In this document: positions 23,940-36,203 of the stretch, piece by piece
Layout: each line of letters opens with the position of its first letter
Numbering within the stretch: position 1 is the first letter of the stretch
From: Podarcis liolepis
Lineage: Eukaryota
Assembly (NCBI GenBank): GCA_965112155.1
Contig: OZ218112.1
DNA length: 64,000 nt
Strand: one strand, 5' to 3'
The notes under the pieces: generated by a model
The model's input: the letters and a program-made list of their open reading frames with translations, nothing else
The model's database searches: none
Told to the model about the DNA's origin: nothing
Translations under genes and position numbers: made by a program

Positions 23940-24150
23940 ACATCAGGAGGAGGTGGGATTGCGGGCTCACGCCCCCAACATGCGCGCAGGGGCTGGTTTC
24001 CAGTCCCGCGTGATCGGGGGAATCCTCCTAAGCCAATACCGCTCTTACCTGTAACCAATAAAGTTGTGGCCAATTTTAGCCCATTAACCTTAAATAATTG
24101 CGTCCTGTGTCTTTATTCCTACCAGTGGGTGGCGGGAACTCACCATGCAA
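23940..24150 (+). mobile_element. LTR-like or DIRS/Ngaro-like terminal repeat remnant
   Basis: CpG-rich block with CTGTAACCAATAAAGTTGTGGCC, ending ATGCAA. Confidence 0.4.
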
Positions 24151-26412
24151 TGTATATGAAACAGAGAACAATTATAACAAATGAAAATTAAAAGATGGAA
24201 AACAGGCATTTAGAATGAGTAGCTGCATATGAGTTACAATAACGAAGCCCAAATAAGGACTATCATTATCCAATTATTAAGTATAGTTCCAGGTTTGCCA
24301 GTCTTCTTATGTTCTTAACCTGATTGCCCTGCGAATGCATTGGACTACAACTTGCATCAGGCCCAGCCAGCATGGAAAGGAAGGCAGACTTCACTAGCAA
24401 AGAATCCCTCCTTGCCAATGGTTGCCATGTTGTGCTGCCAGCCAAGTCCAGATGCTGCTGAGTGTTATCAGAAGCCTCTGGACCTCACGGTGGAGCAAGA
24501 ACAGGTTCCTCATGTTCCAAAGGGATTTTCTGGAAGTAGCTCAGGGAAGGTCAACTTTTTGCCAGGTAAGGCCGAGTGCTTCTGATAAAAGAAGGAAGCA
24601 AGGACCCAGCTCAACCTTGAGCTGAGCAACCAACTCACTAGCAATGCCCACACGCTCAGTTCCCCCCTTTGTAAGATCATAGAGCTGTAGAGTTGGATGG
24701 GGCCCAAAATAGGAGAAGCTCAGCTCTTGTCCAATTCACCAATTCATAGTCTTCTTCCTAATTGCCTGGGGCAGATTCTTTAGTCTCTGTGGGTGATCAG
24801 GACAGTGTCTGTTTAGGAGCCTGAGTTAGACAAGCAGATGGGCAGCCATTCTGTGTTTACACAGCACCAGAGCTGAAAAAATAGGTGCCCCAGCACATTT
24901 TAGATACATTAGTTTTACTTTACTGGTGCACAAAAATGGCTCAATTTTTTTTCTAAACTGGGGGCAAAATTAGCCTCCTAAGCAAAAGCTAGAAAGAGCT
25001 GTTGTCATGAAGGAGGAAGACCTCCAGAAGATAGAGACAACTCAAAAACATCCTGAGGTTTAAGCATTCTGTGTCAGCTCAACACACAAGGGAAATAACC
25101 CTTTAATCCTGTGCACTGTGTTTCGTTTACTGCAGTGTTATCCTGCATGAAGACATTATGAAGGATATCCCTAGAGAAATTTAAGGCACAAAAAACATCC
25201 TGAGTTTGAACTTAATTCTACCATTCCAAAAAGGCTGTAAGCAATGGCAGATGACCTTTAACATCACTCACTTGTCAAGAGCTGCTCTGCCTCATAATGC
25301 CATGCCAAATTATATATTGCTCCCTTCTCACTCTTGCAGGCTTTGCTTTTGGTTGGAACTTTAAAATATTTATTTTCATTCATCAGGAGTGCCTGCCATT
25401 GCTGTTATTGACAATGAATCCCCCCTTTCTTAAAAAAAGTCCCCTCAAGTCGGGGATTAGATCTTTTAAAAAGATAACAGAAAGAATTTAGCAAGTCACT
25501 AAATTTATTTCCAGAAGGGGCTCAACCTGTCTTATACTTCTGCATGCTAATGTGAATAGCTAACCGCAGTTAAAAATCGTGAGCTGTACACTGAGTTGAA
25601 GAGAGAAAGTGAACCTTTCGGGTTTGCAGGGAATGGGAACTTGATTCAAGTGAGATTTGCATTTTGATCCTAAATGGGATTGCAAATATGCTTAGTAAAA
25701 ATAAATTAAAATACACTGTAATTATCCTATGACAAGTGCTTGATTGCGCTTATTCCATCATCTAAGCGTGATTTTTGCTAACCTTCTTGTAATTGTTGAT
25801 GCCGGTGCAAAACCCTGAATGATTACTCCCCAGCCTTTTTTCTTTTTGTAGGGCTCTTATGCTCATAGTTCAAGATTAAAAGGTCCTAATATTTAAATGT
25901 GTTGAGCACCTGGGGGCTGGGGCTGAGCACCCTCAGCTCCCTGCCACCCCAAATGCTGTCATCATTGAGAAAAGAAGGGCATTCAACGTCTCAGAGCAGC
26001 AACACCACCTAAATGCAAATTAAGGACAGGTGGAAAATTTATCCCCTTTGAATGGAAGATGATATCAAGCCATATTTCATAGTGCCAAAACCCCTCACCT
26101 ATAGCTGAGGATTCAAAAAGGCACGGGTTAGCAATAAGCCAAGAGCAAAGGAGATGACAGATGAAACAAACAGAGAGGAGATTGCAGCTAAAATGTCATA
26201 GGGCCATGACTACTAGAGGCATAACAAATTAATATTAGCTGGGATTGAGGCCAAACCCTATGCTAAGGGCAATTAATATAGAATTACAGGACAACAAAAG
26301 AAATTTAAAACAGGTCTACCATCTACTTCAAACTGGCCTAAAGACCATGTGCAGACCTTGAAGCCTCCACCTGCCCTATTTCTGCATCCTGCCAAAAACC
26401 AGAGAACAGGAT

Positions 26413-26645
26413 GCAGCTCGAAAGCTCATCAAAGTGCAAGTAGATAAATAGGCGGGAAGGTAAATGGCTTTTCTGTGCGCTGCTCTGGTTTCGGCAAAAG
26501 TGGCTTAGTTATGCTGGCCACATGACCCGGAAAAACTGTCTGCAGACAAACAGACTCCCTCGGCCAGTAAAGTGAGATGAGCACCACAACCCCAGAGTCC
26601 TTTGCAACTGGACTTAACTGTCAGGGGTCCTTTACCTGTACCTTT
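26413..26645 (+). mobile_element. 5'-truncated Sauria SINE
   Basis: AAAGTGCAAGTAGATAAATAGG...GCTGGCCACATGACCCGG...CAGGGGTCCTTTACC. Confidence 0.9.
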
Positions 26646-26920
26646 TAATTTCAATATGAGTAGGAAAATGAGAGTACCCCTAAGCATTTTTTAAAGGAAA
26701 AAAAGCACTATCCAAACCTAAATAGGTTTTCCCACATCCCTCAATACCCTCCTGGATTCTAGGGGAAGGTCTAGATGTTATATTCACTATGCAGATCGGA
26801 ATGCCTGAGGTGAGCTTCGCACTCTCCGGATTTGATTAGAATTCACCCTCTCAATTCTGCCCATCAGCTAGCAAAGATGAGTTCAGCAATATGAACTGGC
26901 AGCAACTCAGCTCTTTAGCC

Positions 26921-26967
<47 letters not shown>

Positions 26968-27090
26968 TTATTTATGCCCTGCCCATCTGGCTGGGTTTCC
27001 CCAGCCACTCTGAGCGGCTCCCAACAGAACATCAATAGCAATAATAAAAAAGCAACAACATCAAACATTAAAAACTACCCTAAACTTAAA
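26921..27090 (-). mobile_element. (AAT)n tail plus L2/SINE-like 3' end
   Basis: (AAT)n followed by TTTATTTATGCCCTGCCCATCTGGCTGGGTTTCCCCAGCCACTCTG, reverse homolog of 10545-10605. Confidence 0.6.
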
Positions 27091-28352
27091 GCATATGAAG
27101 ATGGTTGACTAATTTGTGTGTTTAAAGAAGGGTCTCCACAAGGGACCTCTAAGGAGGTGTTAAAACGTAAGGGATGTGGGACCATATGAGGCTCCTTAGA
27201 GGTCCCAATTTAACAGCATCAGTGTGCAAAGTGGTTTACAGAGAACAGAATGAGTTCAGGGTGAGTTACGCTGACAATTAAAACAACAAATTCAACTACA
27301 AATCAGTGACACGTAAATGCAACAACAATGAATAATCTTAAAACACAATGTGACACTCATTACGAATTAAGATATGAGGCTAAGAACTACCAAAAGCTGG
27401 AATAAACAAACAGGTTTAAAGTAGAAGCCAGCATGAGTACATAGTGACAGGGAAGATCTCAGTGGATTTTGTTTCGTTTTTTGCATACTATTGAGTATAC
27501 TTGTTACCCAAATTCTAAGAAAATCCAAGTCAGTAGCGATACCTACTAAGCATGAGGTAATTTCTTTATATTGAATAAAATGTACCCCTAGACTCAGGGG
27601 AAGAGCAGGAATAATCCACAAACACATTCTTCAGTTTTCATTGCTGCCATTCAGGAATTTTTTTTTTTACACCAAGGACAGCGCGCAATTTTTGTGACAC
27701 TAAACTGAAAGTTAAAATTAAATGCCCCCAAATATGAAAAAGAGCAGACGATTTCTTCACAAACTGCCTAATAACAACAACGCCTCCCCACCGTAAAAAA
27801 AAAACCACCCTTCCACTGTCCAAAAATGCAAGTAGATATATAGTGGCTATTCACTGCATCACCATGTTGCACATCAACATCAAATTGTGTATGTTTTTGC
27901 ACATTTATAATCAAGTTTTATTGATGATGATTCCATAAATTTTATCTAGTTGTTCACTGCAGCTATTTGTTTCCAAGGTAACAAATGCACTTCGCTCAAG
28001 AGACACAGTAAATCATGATTGTTCTAAATTTGGGGGTCCTTGGCCCTTTGCACTGTGGAATAAATGTATCTCTCACTGCACAAAATGATGCCAACATCAC
28101 TTAAGACTGCAGCAATTAGCTTCAGTTTTGTTCAGATTTTTATAATTAAAAACACACATAGACATGAAGCTGTGTCATTGGAAAACAAATGCTGCAAAAA
28201 CAACAGTTCCTGGATTTCTGGTGCCTTCATGAATGTTTTTATTTGTTCCTCCAATAAATGGCTGGTCAGCCATTGCATTTGTTAGGAGGCCCACTGGGTG
28301 CCAAAACCAATCATTTCAAGTCCAACCCTCCAAAATTGTTAGCTAGTAAGTT

Positions 28353-28678
28353 TGGCGCTGTGGGTTAAACCACAGAGCCTAGAAGTTGCCAATCAGAAGG
28401 TCGGCTGTTCAAATCCCCGTGACGGGGTGAGCTCCCGTTGCTCGGTCCCTGCTCCTGCCAACCTAGCAGTTCAAAAGCACGTAAATAGGTACCGCTCTGG
28501 CGGGAAGGTAAACGGCATTTCCGTGTGCTGCTCTGGTTCGCCAGAAGCGGCTTAGTCATGCTGGCCACATGACCTGCAAGCTGTACGCCAGCTCCCTCGG
28601 CCAATAAAGCGAGATGAGTGCCGCAACCCCAGAGTCGGTCACGACTGGACCTAATGATCAGGGGTCCCTTTACCTTTA
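28353..28678 (+). mobile_element. Sauria SINE, near full length
   Basis: TGGCGCTGTGGGTTAAACCACAGAGCC head; CAGGGGTCCCTTTACCTTT tail. Confidence 0.95.
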
Positions 28679-28789
28679 TCCTTTTCAGCAGGCAGGAGCT
28701 GAAAGGATACTAGTTCACAAAAATGTATGTATAATAAATATGTTAAGTCTGTAAAGCACCACAAAACTCCTTGCTGTTCTTGCTCTAAT

Positions 28790-29150
28790 TAAAAGTGCTG
28801 ATTTTGTCCCATAAAGCCTTAAATGGCCCAGGGACTGCCTCTCCCCATATGAACTAACCCAAACCCTGAGATCATCATCTGAGGCACATTTTTGTGTGCC
28901 TCCTACATGAGAGGTCCAAAGAGTGACAACATAAGAACGGGCCTTTTCTGTGGTGGCTCCCTGCTTGTGGAATGCTCTCCCCAGGGAGGCTTACCTGGCA
29001 CCAACCTTCCTTTCTAACCAGGATTTTAACCTTTGCTTTTAACTATCTATGGCCTTTTAGAGTAGGTGGGATGTTTTAATGTATTTTTTCCCCTTCTAGT
29101 TTTAATATGCTTATGTGTTTTCTTTTCGTAAGCCATTTCGTAAGTCATGG
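28790..29150 (+). mobile_element. L2 LINE 3' fragment
   Basis: AAAGTGCTG...TAAAGCCTTAAATGGCC...CGGGCCTTTTCTGTGGTGGCTCCC...TGGAATGCTCTCCCC (RAFSVVAP.LWNALP). Confidence 0.8.
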
Positions 29151-29899
29151 TAAAAAAGTGACTAATTGCCATGAGTTTCCACGGCAAAAAGTGACTAATA
29201 ATAATAATAATGGCACTAGGGTGAGGAGGAAGAGCGTAAGGTCATATTCAAAATCCAGGTGCAAGGCATACTTGCTGAGTTTGCATTAAGGATATGAACT
29301 TTGGTTTCTGGGATTAGAATTTCTGTATCCTTTCAGATGCTCAGATGATGCCATGCCTTGTTTTCCAGCCAGACCCCAGGAAGATTCAGGTTCAGGCCCT
29401 CACACAGACTCCTCAGATGCAAAGCTGTGCAAGTGCCCTGCCAAAATTGCAATGTGACATCAAAGCTACAAATTATAAACACCCATATGTTTTAGGCATA
29501 TGGTCTTAATCATTAATGATACACCCTAACCTTGATCTCCTAGGTAACTTGGATTTTAAAGTGCAAGGTTACAGGAAGAGGGGGGGCAGTGCTCCAGCTT
29601 TGGGTAAGAGAAGCAATTAAAAGAGAAGAAATGTAGCAACTGTATACACCGATAGTAATCAGAGATGACAGTCAACATTTCCGAAGGCTTCCTGGCCTGC
29701 AATTTCAGATATTAAACTGCTAATCCTATGAGAAAATAATTACTTATGAACAGGCTTGCTTTTTTGGTGTGGTTTTTTTTTTAATGTAGCAAGAAACTTT
29801 TTAGCCCATGGAGGCGGAGCATGGACTTGGCATTCAAAAGTGAATGTACAAGGTCTTTCGCCCACTATATGAATACAGCTCTGTGACTTCTCTTTCACA

Positions 29900-30195
29900 C
29901 ATGCAAACACCTGAAGGGCTGCACCATGGAAGACAGAAAAAAGTTGATCCTTACTGTTCCAAAGCCTAGGACCCAGAGCAATGGATCCACATCACAAGAA
30001 AAGAGATCACAACTCAACCTTACGGACAACCTTTTGACGGTAAGAGCTGTTTGACAGTGGAACAGACTACTCCCCTTCCTTGGAGGGTTTTAAACAGAGG
30101 TTGCCAGGGACTCTTTAGTTGTGATCCCTCCATTGTAGGAGGCTGAGCGAAATGGCCCTTGGGGTCTCTTCCAACTCTACAGTTGTATGATTCTA
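29900..30195 (+). mobile_element. CR1 LINE 3' end
   Basis: GACGGTAAGAGCTGTTTGACAGTGGAACAGACT...CTTCCAACTCTACAGTTGTATGATTCTA terminal motif. Confidence 0.85.
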
Positions 30196-30724
30196 TATGT
30201 ACTGGATCAGTCCATTGGTGTTGCCTCTCCCTTCATGCCCCAAGTGAACTTGTCACCATATATGCAGCGTGTATGGCTTTATCCACATTTATGCTTATAT
30301 TTCACCTGAGCAAAAGAAATTGGTCTTAAGTTGCAAAATTGATTTGTGGATCGGGGCAAGGTATGTGGCAGGTAGGTGGATGGGTGCTGTTACAGCAACG
30401 TTTCAATAAAAAGTAGAGGTAACAAGTAAAGCCTTGCAACTAAATTGCTGGTGCACGGAGTGCTTCTGCATGTACTCCCCCTGTTAATTAGGGTGGTTTG
30501 GGGGGGTGGCATATTTGGGTTCAGTCCCTGTTCTATTTGATTTCTTCATTGGTTTTCAGCTGTGCCCCTGGAGATAGTTAAAAATCACTTCTCAGTGTGA
30601 ACTAGGAAGTGGCAGCCCATGCTGTTTGTGCGCAAGCTCTGCATCAAAACTGCAAAGCAAAACCAAATCCACCCAGTGCACTTTTTTACTGTACAATATG
30701 CTTCATTGTAAGAGTTTGGAAAAT

Positions 30725-31085
30725 GGGACGCGGGTGGCGCTGTGGGTAAAAGCCTCAGCGCCTAGGGCTTGCCGATCTAAAGGTCGGCAGTTCGAATCCC
30801 CGCGGCGGGGTGCGCTCCCATTGCTCGGTCCCAGCGCCTGCCAACCTAGCAGTTCGAAAGCAGCCCTGGGTGCAAGTAGATAAATAGGGACTGCTTACTG
30901 GCAGGAAGGTAAACGGCGTTTCCGTGTGCTGCGCTGGCTTGCCAGATGCAGCTTTGTCACGCTGGCCATGTGACTCGGAAGTGTCTGCGGACAGCGCTGG
31001 CCCCCGGCCTCTTAAAGTGAGATGGGAGCACAACCCTAGAGTCTGTCAAGACTGGCTGGTACGGGCAGGGGTACCTTTACCTTTT
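30725..31085 (+). mobile_element. Full-length Sauria SINE, distinct subfamily, CpG-rich
   Basis: GGGACGCGGGTGGCGCTGTGGGT head, ACCTTTACCTTT tail, 15-bp TSD TAA(G/C)AGTTTGGAAAA (30709-30723, 31086-31100). Confidence 0.95.
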
Positions 31086-31555
31086 TAACAGTTTGGAAAA
31101 GGTAAAACAACAAATGACACTAGGGGGTTGTTGTGCCATCTCCTGAGCCACCTTGAACAAGTAAGAGCCAGGCTGGCTCACTCTGACCACAGTGCCACTG
31201 GTTGTGGGGTACTCTCCTGTTTGGTGGGGAGAAGACTGATTGCTGTAGACTGCAGCTGCAACTATGTCTACAAAAGTTGAACCATTCCAACACCACTGCA
31301 GTTACTGTTACATAAAGCAGCAAAAACCTAGGCTTATCCTTCATGGCTGAAATCATTCTTTGATGGGGAATTTTGTGACCTACACAAGAAGCAGCAGGGG
31401 CAGGGGCAGGTCTTAATTGCACTTCTTTTTGGCTGAAGCTGCAGAAACCAGAAGCACGTAATGCCATCTGCTGGTTGCAATGCTTTTCTTCTAGAAGAAG
31501 AAAAAGAAGCTGGTACTCACCATGAAGTTGGCACAGTACATGCCACACTTTTAAT

Positions 31556-31778
31556 CAGTGCTTTTCTTTTAGAGAAAAAAAAGGTCTTATCGAGTTATAT
31601 GGGAAGTCACAGAAAAATATGAATGGTAACGTATGATGTTCTTAAGATGTATTATGTGAAAACCTAATAAAAATTTGATTTAAAAAAATAAATAGAAAAA
31701 GGGTCCTGATACTGCGTACCCATGGTAAACCTGATACAGGGTACCTTGATACTGAGTACCCCCAGGAAAAAAGCACTG
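31556..31778. mobile_element. hAT-like MITE with CAGTGCTTTT termini
   Basis: CAGTGCTTTT ... AAAAAAGCACTG; related ends at 26665-26710 and 43045-43089. Confidence 0.65.
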
Positions 31779-32455
31779 GCTGGTTGATATGCAGACTTAC
31801 AGCTGTCACCTGCTGGAGAGGTTTTTGTATCTCCATGGAACATCTCCTTGGCCACATCCTGGAACTACATATTTTATTTCATAAAATTTATACACCGATT
31901 GTAAAAACAACAGCAACCAACAACAACCCCCAAAGCAGTTTACATAAAAAGCTAAAATAAAATTATCTGTAGGAGAAACTAATAACAATTTAAGGCTTAC
32001 AAAAAGCTTGTTTAAACAAACAATAGACTAACAGAAGATTAAATATTGCACCAACGTTGTGAACAACTTTTTAATTTGAGGATTCAGTATTTCACTGGCA
32101 CAGCTAAATCGTGAGAGGAGGTGAACTGTTTCAACTTTAGGGGTTTGCCGTATGTTATCAGTCAGTAGGTGCTACTGCAATTGTTTGTTGACTTGACTTG
32201 ATTTATGGGTGGGGTGTGGGGTGTGGAGCTGCCTGCAACTGGAAATAAGTTTTCTGTTAGGTTCGTTGGCAAAGGAATTGTAGGTGTAAACAATGCATGA
32301 ATTCAAAAACTTGTGTCAGGTTTTATGGCTTAATTTCTAAATAAGAGATATGGAGTCAATCTTGTCTGAAAATTGTGCTTAGACCCACTTACATGGAAGC
32401 TCTTTCCCAGTTCACAGATGTGCAGAGAATAATTAATTTTTCTCTCTCTTTTCAG

Positions 32456-32508
32456 GGAGATGAGAAGAAAACGACGCTCTGCACAACAGTAACAGCACAC
32501 ATTACTAT
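32456..32508 (+). other. Candidate plus-strand exon (53 nt)
   Basis: Acceptor ttttctctctcttttcag|G and donor TAT|gtaagt. Confidence 0.35.
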
Positions 32509-34058
32509 GTAAGTGCTGTACAAGCCCTATTGTGATGATAACAGGTTAAAAATTGCAGCCATGTTAGGTTTAGACTTTGTCTCATCTTACCATTGGTGAA
32601 GGGTCCAATTTTTGAATGTTCCTCACCAGACATTAAACTCCCCCACATTTAGTGAAGCAGCACACCAAGAACAGAATATACACTACGACTCTCTCTTCTG
32701 TGTGCTAGTTTGCTACAAGCAATGTGTTTAGGGGTTACAGATGGGGTGCAGAATTAAAAAAAATTAAAAAGCACATAGTAGAAAATTATGCCATTTCATT
32801 CTGCACAATTATTTTACTTATTTAAAAAGCTTATACCTTGGCCTGTCCTAAAAACAGTCTTAACACCAGCTCTTATTCTGGTGCCAAGATTGATCCGGAA
32901 TCTAATCTACTGCATTTAATCACTTATTTTCTGCTGCCTGGTCTAGTTTTTATTTTATTTTCCTGCTGCAGACATTATTCCCCAAATAATTAACAGAGAC
33001 AATATTCCCAAAGTCAATACCCACTTTTTTATAATTTGCAAATGCACACAAGAAAACGAAGCTTTCTGCTTTGATTAGGGGTGCAGGTGCACATATATTA
33101 AATGTTTTGCAACAAGTAATTTGCAATGCTCAACTAGTGCGATGAAGTCAAGCACCTCGCCCAGTACTCGGCTGTTATGCCCATTGATTTGAAAATGTCT
33201 CCCTAATGCACTTATGCAGTTCATAAATGCAAGGACGCTTCTTTAACCCCTGTAGCTATTGATCAGGTTCCTTAAGCTTGCAGTCTGATCATGCGTGTGA
33301 ATAAACCTTATGGTGAACAGCAAGAAAGAGGAAAAATTAGAAGCAAAACAAATAATAAAAAGATAATCAAGCAATAAGCTTTTTGTAAATCATGGTTATT
33401 TTTTTAAAAGGCCATATTCCTTATTTTTAATTCATCAAACTTTTTGAGAGTTCTGAATATCTGATGCTTGAAATAATTCCCTGCAGTAGGAAATTTGGGT
33501 GGCTGGTTATCCAGCCATTTAGAAACACTTTGGGCCACCCAGAAAAGGGCAGTTGTTTCTACATACTCAGGGGGGGTTATATATGTACAGTGGGACGGAA
33601 GTGCATAAATTGCAGTATCATCCCATCAAAATTGGCCTGACAAAGGCCCATGAATCCCCAGGGCTTACAGAAGGTTGAGGGAACAGTGGGAGGGGGTACA
33701 CCTCCAACTTACTGACCAAATCTGGTCTGCAAAGCTGTTTTCCGCAAGCCATGGTCACCTGTCGGGTGTGGAACAAGTACAGGAATGGCTGGATTTGCTG
33801 GGGAACACAGCTGTGCAACCAGAAAGCAGGCTTGAAGTCCCTTCCTGTCAGCTGATACTTCAGGGCTGCTGATCAGTGACACTCTTATCAATGCATCATA
33901 GATCTCTTTGGAAGCTGTGTGAGGTGCTTTGAAGTCCTGACAATCACCACCTGATATCATTGTCATGTTAGGGGATTGATGGGAGGATATGAAAAATCCC
34001 TCCCCCAATTATTCACCTATTCTACCACCCATCCTTGCCATTTTCAATGTTATTCTAC

Positions 34059-34185
34059 CAGGAGGAGCAGGAGGAGAAGGAAGAGAAGGAGGAGAAGGAA
34101 GAGTAAGAAGAAGAAGAGGAGGAGGAGGAGGAGGAAGAAGAAGAAGAAAATGAAGAGGAAAGGGAGGAAGAAGAGAAAGGAAGTT
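34059..34185. repeat. (GAA/GGA)n purine-rich simple repeat
   Basis: Direct reading. Confidence 0.95.
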
Positions 34186-35072
34186 GTTATGGTGGTGATG
34201 CTTTAAGAAGCAACAAGTAAACATAACTTCAGGTCTTAGATGAATCTGAAGACACACAGGAACACAATTATGACAATCCTCTTTTCCTTTAGGATTACAT
34301 TTCCCCCTTACCCAGCTTCTGCCTTGTGCAAAGAGAAATAATGCAAAAACATAACATGATGGCACTTGTGGCTCCTTGTGAATGAATCCCGTGGCATATA
34401 ATTACTTTGAACTAGTTCTCAGGCAGTAGGCCATCATGGTATCAGGGCTAGGGTGCCAGTACAATCTGCTACAGTTTATTGTCCATAAGGGTGGGGTGCG
34501 GGAAAGACTCTCCCTTGGTGCATTTTAAGCACTCAGAAATCTTTAGACCAAGGCAGCAGTAGTCTTCTAGGCTGCTGTTTGAATTTTCTGACCAAGATCA
34601 AAAAGAAACACAGAAAGGTCTTTGAAGTGTCAGGAAATGATTGCTTCTAATCATGGTTCTGTCACCAAGCTTTTTCTTGTAATGATCCTTGACTATGATC
34701 CCTAACCTTTGGAGCCAAGCCCTCCCATCTATAAAACATGACCCAATAATTCAAAACCAGCCACAGTTAAATGTTTACAATGATTACTGCAGGAGGGAGC
34801 TCTCTCCCCCCTTTAAGGCCACTGCTTAACATTTCCTGTTCTATTTATTTAGTCTGAATCCTATCTCTCAAGTTGGAACTCAAGTTGGTGTACTTGAAGT
34901 TTCCAGGTGACATACCACCCAGAATGAGCCCCACTTAACTTCAGCAAGGTGGCTGCAACATGCCCACTTGGAGGGACAATTAGAAAGTCTTGGAATCCCA
35001 GGACAGAAGTGGGGTTGCAGGTGAAAGCAGCACTGCCACAACCACATAATCAACATTCCTCTTCTTCCAAGG

Positions 35073-35187
35073 CAGTGGTAGCCAATGTGGTGCTCTCCAT
35101 ATGTTGTAGATTGCAACTTCCAACAGCCCCAGGGATGGTGAGACTGCAATCCACAACATAGAGAAGGCACCATAATAGTTACCCCTG
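35073..35187. mobile_element. Old palindromic hAT-Charlie MITE
   Basis: CAGTGGTAGCC ... GTTACCCCTG with internal inverted symmetry; TSD-like TTCCAAGG / CTCTAAGG. Confidence 0.65.
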
Positions 35188-35787
35188 CTCTAAGGAGATT
35201 AATTTGGGTATTGTAAGGTTGTCAAGGGCTACTAATCATGATGGCAGTATGCTACATCCAGGATGGACACTATGTCTATGAATACAGCAGTGGGAGAGGG
35301 CTTGTGCTGTGTTCATGCCATTCTCCTGGGCTTTCCAGAGGTGTATGGTTGGTCACTGTGGGAAACAGGAAATGCCAGGCTAGATATCATTCATTACATT
35401 TACTAAGGGCTGTGTCCCTGCTCACTCTACTCATGAACCCCCTGGCCAGTCGCTCCATATCAACCACCTAGAGCTTTCTGCTTCCCCACAACATGCAACT
35501 ATTAAGCTTGCTTTTCACCTCCCCAACCCCATTTTGGAAGTCACTTCCCTTTTCTGCTCTGCAGTCCTACTTTGCACCCATTTTTACCTTCATCCCCATG
35601 TCCATGCCTCCTCCTTTTGTGCAACCCACCCCTGTGCACAGACCACCCTCCTGGTGACCTCCTTCGTGTTCCTCCTGCTATGAGCTGCAACTACTAAGCA
35701 AACGTTTCACTTCTGCCAAAGTATGTAGCCACCACCCCTTCCTATCCTGCAGTTCCTCCTTTCAACCCCATGCTTCCTACTCCCTCC

Positions 35788-36203
35788 TTTTTTTTTTAAT
35801 TAAAAATTTTCTTGTTTTACAGAAGTATGTGTAATGTCTCTCGTATTTTTTCCATGTAACATTTTTACAAATCCGTTTCATTTGTTGAGGCATTAGGGGG
35901 AGAAGAGAAAAAAGAAAAAAGAAGGGGGGTGGAGAGAGGGAAGATGGATGGGGTGGGGTCGGGTGGCGGTGTTTCTATTATGTTTAATGTATGTAGAGTT
36001 TGGTGTCAGCGTTGCTTGTGCTGTTCACTTGTGTTCCTTTGGCGGTGAGAGAGGTTGGGGTTGGCCTAGGGTGTGGTTCTTTGTTTGTGATTGGCTGTGG
36101 TGATTCTTGTTTTCGTGTGTGAGTGAGGTGGGTGGGTGTTTTGGATCAGGTTAGCCATATTGATTTGTATGCTGTTGGTGGATTATTGTCATTGTCATTG
36201 TCT
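35788..36203 (-). mobile_element. 5'-truncated L1/Tx1-like LINE 3' end
   Basis: Poly(A) tail on minus strand (poly-T at ~35788), A/C-rich 3' UTR, preceded by an ORF end reading DNNPPTAYKSIWLT*. Confidence 0.55.

Noticed and set aside
30725-30805. tRNA-like A/B boxes at SINE heads (also 11160-11236, 42463, 60519)
   Set aside because: SINE internal promoters, not tRNA genes; they continue into the SINE body and tail.
33709-34008. 99-aa minus-strand ORF with a possible donor
   Set aside because: No recognisable homology and no convincing acceptor.
33976-34365. Arg/Lys-rich protamine-like ORF and Pro/Leu-rich antisense ORF
   Set aside because: Translations of a (GAA/GGA)n simple repeat.
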